Shown here piece after piece: positions 37,465 through 47,327 of a DNA stretch of 64,000 nucleotides (its first letter is position 1; each line of letters starts with the position of its first letter). A model generated the notes under the pieces. It searched no databases. It saw only the letters and a list, made by a program, of their open reading frames with translations, and was not told where the DNA came from. Origin of the DNA: Nitrosopumilus sp. (GTDB taxonomy: Archaea > Thermoproteota > Nitrososphaeria > Nitrososphaerales > Nitrosopumilaceae); assembly GCA_963662625.1 (NCBI GenBank), contig OY759726.1:1408001-1472000 (forward strand). The letters run 5' to 3'. The translations under genes and the position numbers were made by a program.

Positions 37465-37851
37465 ATGCACGCCCAAAACGGCTCCATGATAAAGATGTAC
37501 GACGACAAGTGCGCCAGGCTCCTCGGGGAGGGCGAGATCAGGTTCGCGGGGATCGTCGACAAGGCCGGCAAGCTGGTGGCCGGGGGGTTCAAGGAGGGGC
37601 TGGTCCCGTACGAGGGCGACGAGACGCGCCTGCAGGCGTTCTTCGAGTTCGTGTCGCAGATATCGATCCGGAAGGAGTACGACCGGAGCCTGGGCCCGAT
37701 AAACTACCTGGCGGCGAGGCGGGACAAGGCCGTCCTGGTGAGCTTCCCCTTCCCCATCACGAAGATACTGCTGCTGGTATCCGCAGAGCCCACCGCCAAC
37801 ATCGAGAGCCTGGCAAGGAAGGTAGTCGAGATCTTCACGGACGTGAGGTGA
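37465..37851 (+). CDS. thaumarchaeal conserved protein (DUF6659-like)
   Basis: IRFAGIVD..G.LVAGGFK.G...R.EYD.SLGPI.Y...RR.K...SFP pattern. Confidence 0.7.
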   Translation: MHAQNGSMIKMYDDKCARLLGEGEIRFAGIVDKAGKLVAGGFKEGLVPYEGDETRLQAFFEFVSQISIRKEYDRSLGPINYLAARRDKAVLVSFPFPITKILLLVSAEPTANIESLARKVVEIFTDVR

Positions 37852-37861
37852 CGGCGGGGGC

Positions 37862-38317
37862 GTGAAGGCGACGTTTGCGGCGGGGTGCTTTTGGCACGTC
37901 GAGGACCTGTTCAGGAAGACCCCCGGCGTCAGCGGCGCGAGGTCCGGCTACATAGGCGGGACGCTGGCGGACCCGACATACGAGGAGGTGTGCACCGGCC
38001 GGACGGGGCACGCCGAGGCCGTGGAGGTGGAGTACGATCCTGGCAGGGTGTCCTTCGAGGAGCTGCTCGACGTATTCTGGGACAACCACGACCCCACCAC
38101 GCTGAACAGGCAGGGCCCGGACGTCGGCGTCCAGTACCGCTCCGCCGTGTTCTTCCACGACGGGGCGCAGAGGGAGGCCGCGGAAAGGTCGAGGGACGCC
38201 CTGGGAAGCTCCGGGAGGTTCCGGGACCCGATAGTCACCGAGATCCTGCCGGCGCCCAAGTTCTACGAGGCCGAGGAGTACCACCAGAGGTACCTTGAGA
38301 AGCGCGGCATGTCATGA
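37862..38317 (+). CDS. msrA: peptide methionine sulfoxide reductase A
   Basis: AAGCFW, YEEVC.G.TGHAE, NRQG.D.G.QYRS, FY.AEEYHQ.Y. Confidence 0.96.
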   Translation: MKATFAAGCFWHVEDLFRKTPGVSGARSGYIGGTLADPTYEEVCTGRTGHAEAVEVEYDPGRVSFEELLDVFWDNHDPTTLNRQGPDVGVQYRSAVFFHDGAQREAAERSRDALGSSGRFRDPIVTEILPAPKFYEAEEYHQRYLEKRGMS

Positions 38318-38347
38318 GGCCGCCCTGGAGCCCGGAATGCCACGTGG

Positions 38348-38782
38348 CTACTTTACGAGCAGCACGGGTATCTTGGAGGACTGGACGACGTAGTTCGAGA
38401 CGCTGCCGAGGAACATCTTCGTGAGCGTGCCCCTGCCGCGCGAGCCCAGGACCAGGATGTCAAAGCCCGCCTTCTTGTTGTTCGCCATCTTTATGATGTT
38501 GTACCCGGCGTCGCCGCGCGCGATCCTGCCCTTGCAGGCCACGCCGTTCTGCGCCGCTAGCGCCTCCGCGCGCTCTATGACCTTCCTGGCGGCCTCCTCG
38601 GCGCGCTTGCTCACGGAGCCCCTGCCGGCGAACTCCGATCCCGCGGGCGTCGCGGTCACGCACACGCACGTGAGCGACGCGCCAAACTGGCTCGCGAGCG
38701 ACACGGCCATCTTGAGGCTCTTGTTCGCTGTCTTCGTCCCGTCGCTGGCTACCAGGATCTTCCCGATCCCACTCCTTGCCAT
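38348..38782 (-). CDS. universal stress protein
   Basis: KILVASDG, LVLGSRGRG....LGSVS..VV....IPVLLVK. Confidence 0.93.
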   Translation of the reverse strand: MARSGIGKILVASDGTKTANKSLKMAVSLASQFGASLTCVCVTATPAGSEFAGRGSVSKRAEEAARKVIERAEALAAQNGVACKGRIARGDAGYNIIKMANNKKAGFDILVLGSRGRGTLTKMFLGSVSNYVVQSSKIPVLLVK

Positions 38783-38880
38783 GCGTATGGTGCCGTCCGG
38801 TCACTAAAAAACATATTCCCGCGGCGCCCCAGATCGCACGCCTCAGTCACGTTTATCCCTCCCGGGGTGTAGCACAATTG

Positions 38881-39681
38881 GTGCAGGAAAACTTCATCAC
38901 CGTGGACGGGAACAGGATCAGGTACCTAGAGTCGGGCGATTCCGGGGATCCGCTTGTCATGCTCCACGGGCTGGGCGCGTCGGCTGAGCGCTGGGTCCGG
39001 GTGATCCCGGCCTTCGCGGACAGCTACCGGGTGGTGGTGCCGGACATGGTCGGGTTCGGGCTGAGCGACAAGCCGGCGGTCGACTACACCCCGGAGTTCT
39101 TCTCCGGCTTCCTGGCCGGCTTCCTCGCGGCCCTGGGGATCGGGAGCTCCCACGTGGTAGGCTCCTCCCTGGGCGGCGAGATCGCGGCCAACTTCGCGTC
39201 GACCAGCCCCGGCTCCGTGCGGGGGCTGGTGCTGGTCTCCCCGGCGGGGGTGATGCGCCACTCCACCCCGGCGCTTGACGCGTACATCATGGCCGCCATG
39301 TACCCGAACGAGCACAACGCCGGGAAGGCCTTCGAGATCATGGAGGGCTCCGGCAGGAGGGCCGACCGGGAGATAGTCGGCAGGTTCGTCAGGATGATGA
39401 GGATGCCAAACTCCAAGCTCGCGTTCATGTCGGCGCTGCTGGGCCTGAAGAACCACACGCTGCTTCCCGAAAGGCTCGGGCACATCAAGGCCCCCACCCT
39501 CGTGGTGTGGGGATCGGACGACCCGGTGATCCCCATAAGGTACGCCGACGCCTTCGTCTCGGCCATACCGGACTGCAGGTTGTCCAGGATGGACGACTGC
39601 GGCCACACCCCCTACGCCCAGCACCCCGGCAGGTTTTCTGACATCGTGCTCGAGTTCCTCTCCGGGCTTTCAAACGTTTAA
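38881..39681 (+). CDS. alpha/beta hydrolase
   Basis: LHGLGAS, PDMVGFGLS, GSSLGG nucleophile, WG.DDPVIP, CGHTP; GTG start at 38881. Confidence 0.9.
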   Translation: MQENFITVDGNRIRYLESGDSGDPLVMLHGLGASAERWVRVIPAFADSYRVVVPDMVGFGLSDKPAVDYTPEFFSGFLAGFLAALGIGSSHVVGSSLGGEIAANFASTSPGSVRGLVLVSPAGVMRHSTPALDAYIMAAMYPNEHNAGKAFEIMEGSGRRADREIVGRFVRMMRMPNSKLAFMSALLGLKNHTLLPERLGHIKAPTLVVWGSDDPVIPIRYADAFVSAIPDCRLSRMDDCGHTPYAQHPGRFSDIVLEFLSGLSNV

Positions 39682-39707
39682 ATATACGCTGATTCCCATC
39701 ATTACCA

Positions 39708-40133
39708 ATGGATGGTAATTACAACCAGTACGATCCCTCAAAGATGTTCAGGGACTGGATCCAAAAGAACGGCCGCGCACAGGCCGAGTTCGTGAAGAGC
39801 TTCGGCTCCCTCATGTCCAACCAGACGAGCCAGACCTTCAACCCCCTGGAGACGCTCAGGGAGGTGTCCGACGGTGCCAGGAACGCGCAGTCCCGGCTCA
39901 TGGAGGACGTCTCCTCCATGCAGAGCAGGGGAATCGACGCCATGTTCAACATCGGGAGGATGCTCCCGTCGTTTCTGAACTGGGGAGCGTACAAGACGGC
40001 CGTTGGCAGCAACGGCAGGATCTCGATCCCGGAGGCAGAGCGGAACGCCCTGGGCCTGGGAGAGGGCGACCTGGTGCAGGTAATTGTCCTTCCGATAGCA
40101 AACAAATCAACAGACAAGGAGGTGAAATCATGA
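39708..40133 (+). CDS. AbrB/SpoVT-domain regulator (PhaR-like architecture)
   Basis: C-terminal VGSNGRISIPEAERNALGLGEGDLVQVIV; helical N-terminus. Confidence 0.75.
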   Translation: MDGNYNQYDPSKMFRDWIQKNGRAQAEFVKSFGSLMSNQTSQTFNPLETLREVSDGARNAQSRLMEDVSSMQSRGIDAMFNIGRMLPSFLNWGAYKTAVGSNGRISIPEAERNALGLGEGDLVQVIVLPIANKSTDKEVKS

Positions 40134-40558
40134 GCGAAACGAAACAAGCACAGGGCAACCCAAAGGACGTGTTTTCCGTGTACCAGCAGAGCGTAGACAA
40201 GCTCTTCAGCGGCGCGAAGCAGTCGATCCCGCAGTACCACCAGTCCATAACCAACGCGCAGCAGGAATGCATACAGGCGTTCGAGAGCGCCGTATCCACG
40301 GCGATCACGACGAACAGGGAGTTTGCGAGAAAGGCGGGCGTGGCGACCAGCGTGCCGGATGCGGCCACCAAGGCGATCCGCGACACGGCGGACGAGTTTG
40401 CAAAGGCCACCGCGATACAGAACCAGCTGGCGCTGGCGACGATCGACGCGGCGCAGCAGAACATCAAGGCGTTCGGCGACGGCGCGAAACTCGCGGCCGA
40501 GCTTAACAAGAACGTGGTCCAGTCGTGGATTGCGGCTTTTGCCACCAAGGGCAACTAG
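40130..40558 (+). CDS. Ala/Gln-rich helical protein, phasin (PhaP)-like
   Basis: Amphipathic A/Q/T/K-rich 142 aa; ATGA overlap with the AbrB gene. Confidence 0.55.
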   Translation: MSETKQAQGNPKDVFSVYQQSVDKLFSGAKQSIPQYHQSITNAQQECIQAFESAVSTAITTNREFARKAGVATSVPDAATKAIRDTADEFAKATAIQNQLALATIDAAQQNIKAFGDGAKLAAELNKNVVQSWIAAFATKGN

Positions 40559-40571
40559 GTTCCGGGACCGG

Positions 40572-40610
40572 GTTTTTTTCCATCCCCGGCAACGGCTTTT
40601 TTTTATCTTT
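40572..40610 (+). terminator. oligo-T archaeal terminator
   Basis: Two T-tracts directly after the 40558 stop. Confidence 0.55.
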
Positions 40611-40683
40611 GATCTTCCCCGGCTGTGCGGGCCGCGCGCCACGCCTGGCTGACCCTGCGCCCGCGCGATCCCGCGGGGGCGCG

Positions 40684-42423
40684 CTAGATGAACATGGACG
40701 TGGCAAACAGGACGACCCCGCCCACCAGGAAGCACTTTGTTATCTTCAGCGCGTTGTCAAGCGCCCTCGAATAGTCCTCGAAGATGCCGCGCCCCATGAT
40801 CATCACGTCCGTCCTGTTCTCGAGGATCTCGTACTTTGCCTCGCTGGTCTGCGCCCCGGCGTCCGCCGCGATGTCGATCAGCCACCCGGCGAGCTTGTCC
40901 GTGCCCGTCATGAGGCCCAGGTGGTAGTACCCGTTCTTGTTCCTGGCCTTTACCGGGGCGTAGTGCGTGTCGGACGTGCAGATCTCCAGGAGCCGGTAGC
41001 CCCTGCCGGCGAACTCCTCGACGATCGCCTCCCTCACGCCGTTTTCCATGTTGTTCGCGTCGGCCCACCCGATGAAGTACTTCTTGCCGTTGATCTTCAG
41101 GCAGATGACCCCCAGGCCCCCCATCCCGAGGTCCTCGGTCCGCAGGCCCATGCCGTCGGAGTTGGCGTAGCCGAACTCGATCGGGAAGCTGTCCTTGGCG
41201 ATGAGCGAGTCCAGGCAGGACTTGGCGGCCTTCAGCATGTCCTCGGCGTCGTCCCTGGAGATCTCCGGCCCCATGGCGTTGTGGCAGTCGACGATCATCG
41301 GCTTGGAGTATTTCCTGTTCCCGGCGTGCCGCTCTATGTCCGTCTTCATGTAGTTCGGGATGTCCTCCATCCCGTGGGGCGACAGCGACAGGAAGAGGAG
41401 CGGGTTGTTGCCAAACGCCAGCCCTATGACCCGGGACTTGTTGATCTGCACCGTCACCGGCTCGGTGCACGCCAGCCCCTCCTCCCTGACGCTGCTCTTG
41501 CTCAGGCTCTTCAGGTAGTTCTCCACCTGGTTCTTCGACGGAAGGTTCAGCGCGTGGTCCGAGATGCTGTGCATCACCATGGCGGAGGAGTCCATGTTCT
41601 TGTAGATGAGGTACGGTATGTTGCTGCCGCCCACGGGGTGGAACGGCCCGGGGTGGACCTCGGGCAGCACCATCCTGAACTCCCTGCCGCCGTTCTCCGA
41701 ATGCAGCCTGATCTGGGAGGTCTCCACGGTGGTGCTGCTGGAGTGGCGCTCGATGATCCTCTCCACCTCGGTGTAGTCGTTTCCCTGGGACGCTATGTAC
41801 GCCTGGATCGTCTTGTGCGTGCTGTCCATGCTGGGCTTCCCGGCCCTGTCGGTAAGGATCGACCACACGCTGGCGATCACCAGGAACGCCGCCCCGTACC
41901 CCAGCGCCGCCGGGTCGGTCAGCATGGGGATCCAGGACTCCTGCGGCACCAGCACCAGGAACATCGGGAGCGGCTGGACGAAGCATATGGCCCACGCCTT
42001 CCTGACGCTCACCCCGAGCGTCGTGGTGTAGATCCCGATCCTGAAACTGGCCGACAGGAACATGCCAAACGACACGTAGAACAGCGACGGCTCCTTCGCC
42101 AGGACGACGCTGGCGAGCAGGCCGGCCAGCAGGGCGGCCACCCACAGCATGTTGGCAAAGAGCGACGAGTGCAGCGACTTTGAGTACTCCTTCTTCCTGG
42201 TGAACCGCGTGTCGAGCAGCTGGATCGCCGCCAGGATGCCGACCACGGCCGGGATCCTGGCCCAAAAGTCCCCCCCGCCCAGGTACCAGAGGTGGACGGT
42301 GGCCGTGATCGCCGCCGCTATGGCCAGCGAGGCGATGAGCGAGAAGTGGTGCGACGCCGGGTTGATCAGCGTCAGGGAGAACCGGTTGTGTATCTTGGAG
42401 ACGTCGTCCGAGGATCCTTCCAT
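40684..42423 (-). CDS. DUF2070 family membrane protein
   Basis: N-terminal TMs; P.VHPGPF..VGGS, H....H..N, VDCHN, DANNM, TSDTH motifs. Confidence 0.85.
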   Translation of the reverse strand: MEGSSDDVSKIHNRFSLTLINPASHHFSLIASLAIAAAITATVHLWYLGGGDFWARIPAVVGILAAIQLLDTRFTRKKEYSKSLHSSLFANMLWVAALLAGLLASVVLAKEPSLFYVSFGMFLSASFRIGIYTTTLGVSVRKAWAICFVQPLPMFLVLVPQESWIPMLTDPAALGYGAAFLVIASVWSILTDRAGKPSMDSTHKTIQAYIASQGNDYTEVERIIERHSSSTTVETSQIRLHSENGGREFRMVLPEVHPGPFHPVGGSNIPYLIYKNMDSSAMVMHSISDHALNLPSKNQVENYLKSLSKSSVREEGLACTEPVTVQINKSRVIGLAFGNNPLLFLSLSPHGMEDIPNYMKTDIERHAGNRKYSKPMIVDCHNAMGPEISRDDAEDMLKAAKSCLDSLIAKDSFPIEFGYANSDGMGLRTEDLGMGGLGVICLKINGKKYFIGWADANNMENGVREAIVEEFAGRGYRLLEICTSDTHYAPVKARNKNGYYHLGLMTGTDKLAGWLIDIAADAGAQTSEAKYEILENRTDVMIMGRGIFEDYSRALDNALKITKCFLVGGVVLFATSMFI

Positions 42424-42430
42424 CGCCTTC

Positions 42431-42595
42431 TCACGGGGCCAGCAGCAGTTCTATCGCCCATGACACCGCGATCAGGCTTATGGGGACGGATATCACGATC
42501 TTCGGATCGACCTTCACGCCCTTCGTCTCGTCCTCGAAGAACCTCATCAGGCCCCCGCTGGACGCCGGCAGGGGTGCTGACTTTTTGCTGCTCAT
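42431..42595 (-). CDS. secG: preprotein translocase subunit Sec61-beta
   Basis: Manual translation MSSKKSAPLPASSGGLMRFFEDETKGVKVDPKIVISVPISLIAVSWAIELLLAP. Confidence 0.9.
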   Translation of the reverse strand: MSSKKSAPLPASSGGLMRFFEDETKGVKVDPKIVISVPISLIAVSWAIELLLAP

Positions 42596-42631
42596 GCCAT
42601 TTGAAACCGGAATTTTGCCATAAATACTTTA

Positions 42632-42970
42632 TCACTTGCCGAGCTTCTCCAGCGCCGCCAGGGCGGAGTTGATGGATCCCAGGATCTCCTGCTGCCTGCC
42701 GTGGTCCCGCTCCCCCTCCAGCTCCGCGGAGAGCTCGGCCAGCTTGCCCTCCAGGACGGCCCTCAGGCCGGGCCCAGCCGCGCGGCCGGCCGGGGGCGCC
42801 GCGCCCCTCCCGGGCGCCGCGCCCCCCCGCGGCTCGCTGCCGCACCCCACGCACAGCGCGTGCCCGTCCTTCATCACCCTGACCCCGGAACAGTAGGGGC
42901 AGGGCTCGCCGAGCAGGCTCGCGCCCCGGAGGAGCATATCCGCTGCCCTCTTTGTAAGGTCCGTCGTCAT
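42632..42970 (-). CDS. UPF0148 / autoantigen p27-family zinc-ribbon protein
   Basis: ADMLLRGASLL.E.CPYC......G...CVGC plus C-terminal coiled coil. Confidence 0.85.
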   Translation of the reverse strand: MTTDLTKRAADMLLRGASLLGEPCPYCSGVRVMKDGHALCVGCGSEPRGGAAPGRGAAPPAGRAAGPGLRAVLEGKLAELSAELEGERDHGRQQEILGSINSALAALEKLGK

Positions 42971-43065
42971 GGCAACCCACCGATCCCATCTGAGGTCATC
43001 CCCATTTTATTTATCTGTACCCAAACAAGGCTTAATAATGTGAACGGCCAAGGCAAGTGGAACGT

Positions 43066-43374
43066 ATGGCGGTAATCTGTAACACGTGTGGCCTTCCTCA
43101 AGACCTTTGCGCCTGTGGCGAGCTTGCCAGGGACAGCACCAAAATCATCATCCGCCTGGAGACCAGGCGGTTCAAGAAAAAAGGCACCATGATCGAGGGG
43201 CTTGATCCCAAACTGAACAACCTCGAGACCGTCGCCAAGGAGCTCAAGAACAGGTACGCGTGCGGGGGGACCGCGAAGGACGGCTACGTCTTCCTGCAGG
43301 GCGACCACCGCGACACCATCAAGGACACGCTGATCAACCTGGGGTTCCCGGAACCCAACATCGAACTCCACTAG
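43066..43374 (+). CDS. translation initiation factor aIF-1 (SUI1)
   Basis: CNTCGLP.DLC.C, RRFKK.GT.IEG, LK...ACGGT.K...LQGDHR. Confidence 0.95.
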   Translation: MAVICNTCGLPQDLCACGELARDSTKIIIRLETRRFKKKGTMIEGLDPKLNNLETVAKELKNRYACGGTAKDGYVFLQGDHRDTIKDTLINLGFPEPNIELH

Positions 43375-43381
43375 GACCGAA

Positions 43382-44371
43382 TTGGAAGGACAGAGCAGGC
43401 TCCCCCACTACGTCGGGATCCCGCACCACGCGTTCACGTCGGTGATCCTGGGGATGATGCTGTTCTCCTTCCCCATGGGGGCGTTCGTCGTCTTCCACAC
43501 CGACGTCGGCCAGGAGATCAACTTCGAGGTGCCGCTGGGACAGCTCGGGGGGTACCGGGGGATCGACCTGGGGCCGCTCTCCGCGGTGGAGCTGGGCGAC
43601 GCGTTCCTGGCGGCGTGGTCCATTTACGCGGTTCTCTTCGCGGTGGCGATGCTGGGGCCCGGGGCCGGGTTCGTCGGGACGGTCTCCTCGGAGCTCTTCA
43701 GGGCTGGCGCCGCGGCGGGGCAGAACTACATGGTCTCGGCCATAAGGTGGTTCTCCATACTCGTCCTGGCGTCCGCCGCCATAAACTTCGTGCAGGAGGG
43801 CTTTGGCGTCTCGATCTTGCCGCCCGACGTCGGCAACGACCTGGAGATGTTCTTCTACGTCAGCATCTCGCCGCTGGTCGAGGAGGTGGCGTTCCGGGTG
43901 CTCCTGGTGGGGCTCCCGGCGTTCGCGCTATGCGGCAGCCGGCTCTCGGCGGGGCTCCTCCTGCGGTCCCTCTGGCACCCGGCCCGCGCCCTCCGGGCGG
44001 GTGGCTCGAAGAGGGTGGCGGCGGTGATAGTGCTGGTGGGCGTGATGTTCGGCCTCGCGCACGTGATGACCGGGGATCCCTGGAGCGAGGGGAAGTTCGC
44101 GCAGGCGTCGGCGGCGGGGATCATCCTGGGGTGGGTCTACTTCCGGTTCGGGTTCGTGGCGGCGCTGCTCATACACTGGGCGACGAACTACTTCGTGTTC
44201 GCGTACGTGAACTTCGTGGCCCAGGCCAGCGAGATGGCCGTCGGCGCGGCCTTCTCGCACTCGCTGGTGGCCACCATGGAGGTGCTGCTGCTGCTCTCCG
44301 GGATCCTGTCGCTCGCGGCGGTCGCCGTGGGGCGACTCCGCCGCCGGCGGGAGGGCGGGCTAGAGTTTTAG
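43382..44371 (+). CDS. CPBP (Abi/CAAX) intramembrane metalloprotease
   Basis: PLVEEVAFR, FGLAH, HWATN motifs; multiple TMs. Confidence 0.9.
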   Translation: MEGQSRLPHYVGIPHHAFTSVILGMMLFSFPMGAFVVFHTDVGQEINFEVPLGQLGGYRGIDLGPLSAVELGDAFLAAWSIYAVLFAVAMLGPGAGFVGTVSSELFRAGAAAGQNYMVSAIRWFSILVLASAAINFVQEGFGVSILPPDVGNDLEMFFYVSISPLVEEVAFRVLLVGLPAFALCGSRLSAGLLLRSLWHPARALRAGGSKRVAAVIVLVGVMFGLAHVMTGDPWSEGKFAQASAAGIILGWVYFRFGFVAALLIHWATNYFVFAYVNFVAQASEMAVGAAFSHSLVATMEVLLLLSGILSLAAVAVGRLRRRREGGLEF

Positions 44372-45268
44372 CGCCACCTTCAGGCCCTTGTACCTGTTCC
44401 TGATCGTGACCTCGGTCACGCCGGCCGCCTCGGCGACGTCGCGCTGCGTCTTGTTCTCGCCGTTGGTGACGCACGCCACGTACAGCGCGGCGGCGGCCAG
44501 GCCCATGGGGTCCTTGCCCGCCGAGATCTTGTTCTCCTCGGCGGTCTGCAGGATCTTGGTCGCCTTGCGCTTCGTCTTCTCGGACAGCTCCGCCTTGCTG
44601 GCGATCCTGGAGATGCACTTGATGGGATCCACCACGGGCATCTTCAGGTTCAGCTCCCTGAGAAGGAGCCTGTAGCACCTCGCGATGTCCTTCCGCTTGA
44701 TGTTGCTCGCCTGGCCTATGTCCTTGAGCGTCCTCGGGGTCTCCGTGTCCCTGCACGCGGCGTACAGCGCAGAGGCTATCAGCGCGGAGATCGAGCGGCC
44801 CCTGACGAGGCCCTTCTCCAGCGCCTTCCTGTAGATGTACGCCGCCTTCTCGATGACCGCGTCGCCCACCGCGAGCTTGTCCTTGAGCCTGTCCAGCTCG
44901 CTGAACGCCTGCCTGAAGTTCCTGTCCACGGGCTCGTGGACCTGGCTCCTGCTGTCCCACGTCCTGAGCCTCTCGATGGTGCTCTTCATGGACGCGGTGA
45001 GCGGCTTCCCCGTCGCGTCCCTGTTCTGCGGGTTGATGACGGTGGCCAGCCCCATGTCGTGCATAGCAAGCGACGTCGGGACGCCGGCCCTGCTCTTGTT
45101 CTCGCCCTCGTTGGAAAACGACCTCCACTCGGGCCCAGACTCCTCGATCTTGTCCGTTATGACAAAGCCGCACTTGCCGCAGTAGTTCTCGCCCGTGTTC
45201 GCGTCGGTGACCAGGGCGCCCTGGCCGCACCTTGGGCACCTGTCCTTTGGATTTACGTTCTTAACCAT
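44360..45268 (-). CDS. tfb: transcription initiation factor IIB
   Basis: CPRC...CGKCG Zn ribbon, GPEWRSF, two cyclin repeats, GKDPMGLAAAALY, VTEVTIRNRY. Confidence 0.97.
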   Translation of the reverse strand: MVKNVNPKDRCPRCGQGALVTDANTGENYCGKCGFVITDKIEESGPEWRSFSNEGENKSRAGVPTSLAMHDMGLATVINPQNRDATGKPLTASMKSTIERLRTWDSRSQVHEPVDRNFRQAFSELDRLKDKLAVGDAVIEKAAYIYRKALEKGLVRGRSISALIASALYAACRDTETPRTLKDIGQASNIKRKDIARCYRLLLRELNLKMPVVDPIKCISRIASKAELSEKTKRKATKILQTAEENKISAGKDPMGLAAAALYVACVTNGENKTQRDVAEAAGVTEVTIRNRYKGLKVALKL

Positions 45269-45345
45269 CTTTCAAACCTCACGAAACCGCCTATGCTAAT
45301 ATTTAACATTTACTGAATCATAATATATAAAACTGTCGTTGCCCC

Positions 45346-46618
45346 TAGTCTGTTGCACAACTCGGCACGATCCCCGGGCCGTGGCCAGGCCGTGCCGCTT
45401 GGAGTCCCTACGCCCCCGCCTCCCCCGCCCACCGGTTGTACTGGGCCACCCTGAGCCTTACCTCCTGCACGATGTTCTCCCACCTGCGCGAGTGCGCGTG
45501 GTCCCCGAACATCCTCTTGAACGCCGATATGATTATCTCGATCAGCCACCTCCTGCCGTACCCCTTCCTGGCCTTCCAGTACCGGACGTTCTCCTCCCTC
45601 TCCCTCGTGCCCACCCTGCCGGCGCGCGCCTCCGGGCCGCCCCCCGGCCGGTCCCGCACCGCCTCGCCCCACGCGCCGCCGGTGCCCTTGCCCCTGGCGG
45701 TGGACGCCACCTTGACCGGGATGATAGGCCCCACGCCCATGTCGCGGCACCTCCGCATGTTGTCCCGCGACGCGTACGCCCCGTCCGCGATCAGGCGCGC
45801 CCCGTGGGAGCCGGGCGGCTGGCCGCACTGCAGCGCGAGCGGCGCCACGCCGCTCGCGAGGAGGTTGGGCGGGGGCGAGCCCACGCGCGGCAGGGGATCC
45901 CCCGCCGCGGCTGCCTTCCCGCGGATCAGCGCCATGCGCCTGTCCTGCTTCCCCGCCGGCTTCCCGTCCGGCTTCCCGCCACGCGGCCCCGCCACGGTTC
46001 CCAGGAGCTCCTTCAGCATGGGGGAGTCGCCCGTCCTGTCGTCGGTCACCACCGCCGCGGGCATCTTCTTCGTGTCGGCGTCGGCCAGCAGGTGCAGCCT
46101 GGCGAACCCGCGCCTCGCCTCCCGCTTCTTCCGTACCCGCTCGCCCCGGTTGCACTGCTTCAGGCCCGTGGCGTCGGCCAGCAGGGTCATGGGCTGGCCG
46201 CCGCCGGAGACGCGGACGACTCCCCCGCCGATGTCCACGTCGAGGCGCGCCATCCTCCTGGCCAGCACCGAGTAGTGCGGCGCGCCGTGCCCCCCCAGCA
46301 TCCCCGCGAGGAGCCCGGACAGCTGCCTGTACCGGGCCCCGAGCGAGGTCCTCACCGCGGCGGCGGCCATGACCAGCGCCCCGGCGTACCTGAACGGGGC
46401 GCCCTCCTTGCCGGCGTTGGCCTCCCTCAGGTCGTCCTCCCAGCCGGGGTCATACGACACAGCCAGGCCCCTCCCGCGCCTGACGTATTTCTCGTTGTCG
46501 GTCGCAGCCAACGGGGACGGTGCGCGGCCGTGATCCAAGGCCTTTTCGGTTTGACATGGTTGGGCCGGGGGTTCAACTGTTTAGACTCGGCAATTTCTGG
46601 CAGTTGTGCAACAGACTA
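45346..46618 (-). mobile_element. IS5-family insertion sequence with degenerate transposase (ORF 45408-46538)
   Basis: Perfect 17-bp TIR TAGTCTGTTGCACAACT (45346-45362 / 46602-46618); 8-bp TSD GTTGCCCC (45338-45345, 46619-46626); DATG, ADGAY, GY.RRW.IE...S.FKR motifs. Confidence 0.92.
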
Positions 46619-46626
46619 GTTGCCCC

Positions 46627-46678
46627 TAGCTTGTTGCACAACTCGGCACGATCCCCGGGCCGCGGCCTGGCCGTGCCG
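46627..46678. mobile_element. solo end fragment of the same IS5 family
   Basis: Near copy of 45346-45397 (4 mismatches) directly after the right TSD. Confidence 0.8.
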
Positions 46679-46687
46679 GGGAACGCG

Positions 46688-47326
46688 TCACCCCCGCCCC
46701 AGGGCCTCCCTGATCCTCGCGGAGACCTCAGGCTTTTCGTCGTGCCGCAGCAGGAAGTCGAGGTCCCCGCTACTGTCCACGTCCCACATGATCCTCCTCG
46801 CGAAGACGAGCGCCGCGTTGGGCGTGCGCTCCCTGGCCGCGCTCATGTGCATCCTGTAGCTGTCCTCGTCGTAGTGCGTCCCCATCAGGTCCACCGGCAT
46901 CCTTACCAGGGCGTTGGTCCCGTCGAACCTCCGCGACGGCACCACTATCGCGAAGTTGGGCGGCGCGGCGTGCCCCATCACGAAGTCGATGTCCTGCGTC
47001 TTGACGAACGGCACGTCCTGCGGCAGCACGATCGACGCGTCGAACCCGCCGTCCAGCAGGTGCCTGTCCGCGAGGGCGACGGCCCGGTTGACGCCGCTCT
47101 CCTCCGGGTCGGGGATCGCCACGGCGCCGAACTCCTCGCAGATGCGCGCGGCCCCCGGCTCCCCGGTCACCACCACGGTCTCGTCGATCCTCGGGGATAC
47201 GGACAGCACGTGGAGGATCTCCTCGAGCATGATCCTGCACAGCTCCTCCTTCCTGTCGCCCCGCAGGCCGAGCCGGGTCTTCGCCCGCGCGAAGGTCTTC
47301 ACAGGGATCACCGCGGCGGTCTTCAA
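46688..47326 (-). CDS. cofC: 2-phospho-L-lactate/phosphoenolpyruvate guanylyltransferase
   Basis: IPVK.F..AKTRL, GVN.AV, LPQDVP, DGTNAL, DVD...DL; next to cofD. Confidence 0.92.
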   Translation of the reverse strand: MKTAAVIPVKTFARAKTRLGLRGDRKEELCRIMLEEILHVLSVSPRIDETVVVTGEPGAARICEEFGAVAIPDPEESGVNRAVALADRHLLDGGFDASIVLPQDVPFVKTQDIDFVMGHAAPPNFAIVVPSRRFDGTNALVRMPVDLMGTHYDEDSYRMHMSAARERTPNAALVFARRIMWDVDSSGDLDFLLRHDEKPEVSARIREALGRG

Positions 47327-47327
47327 G

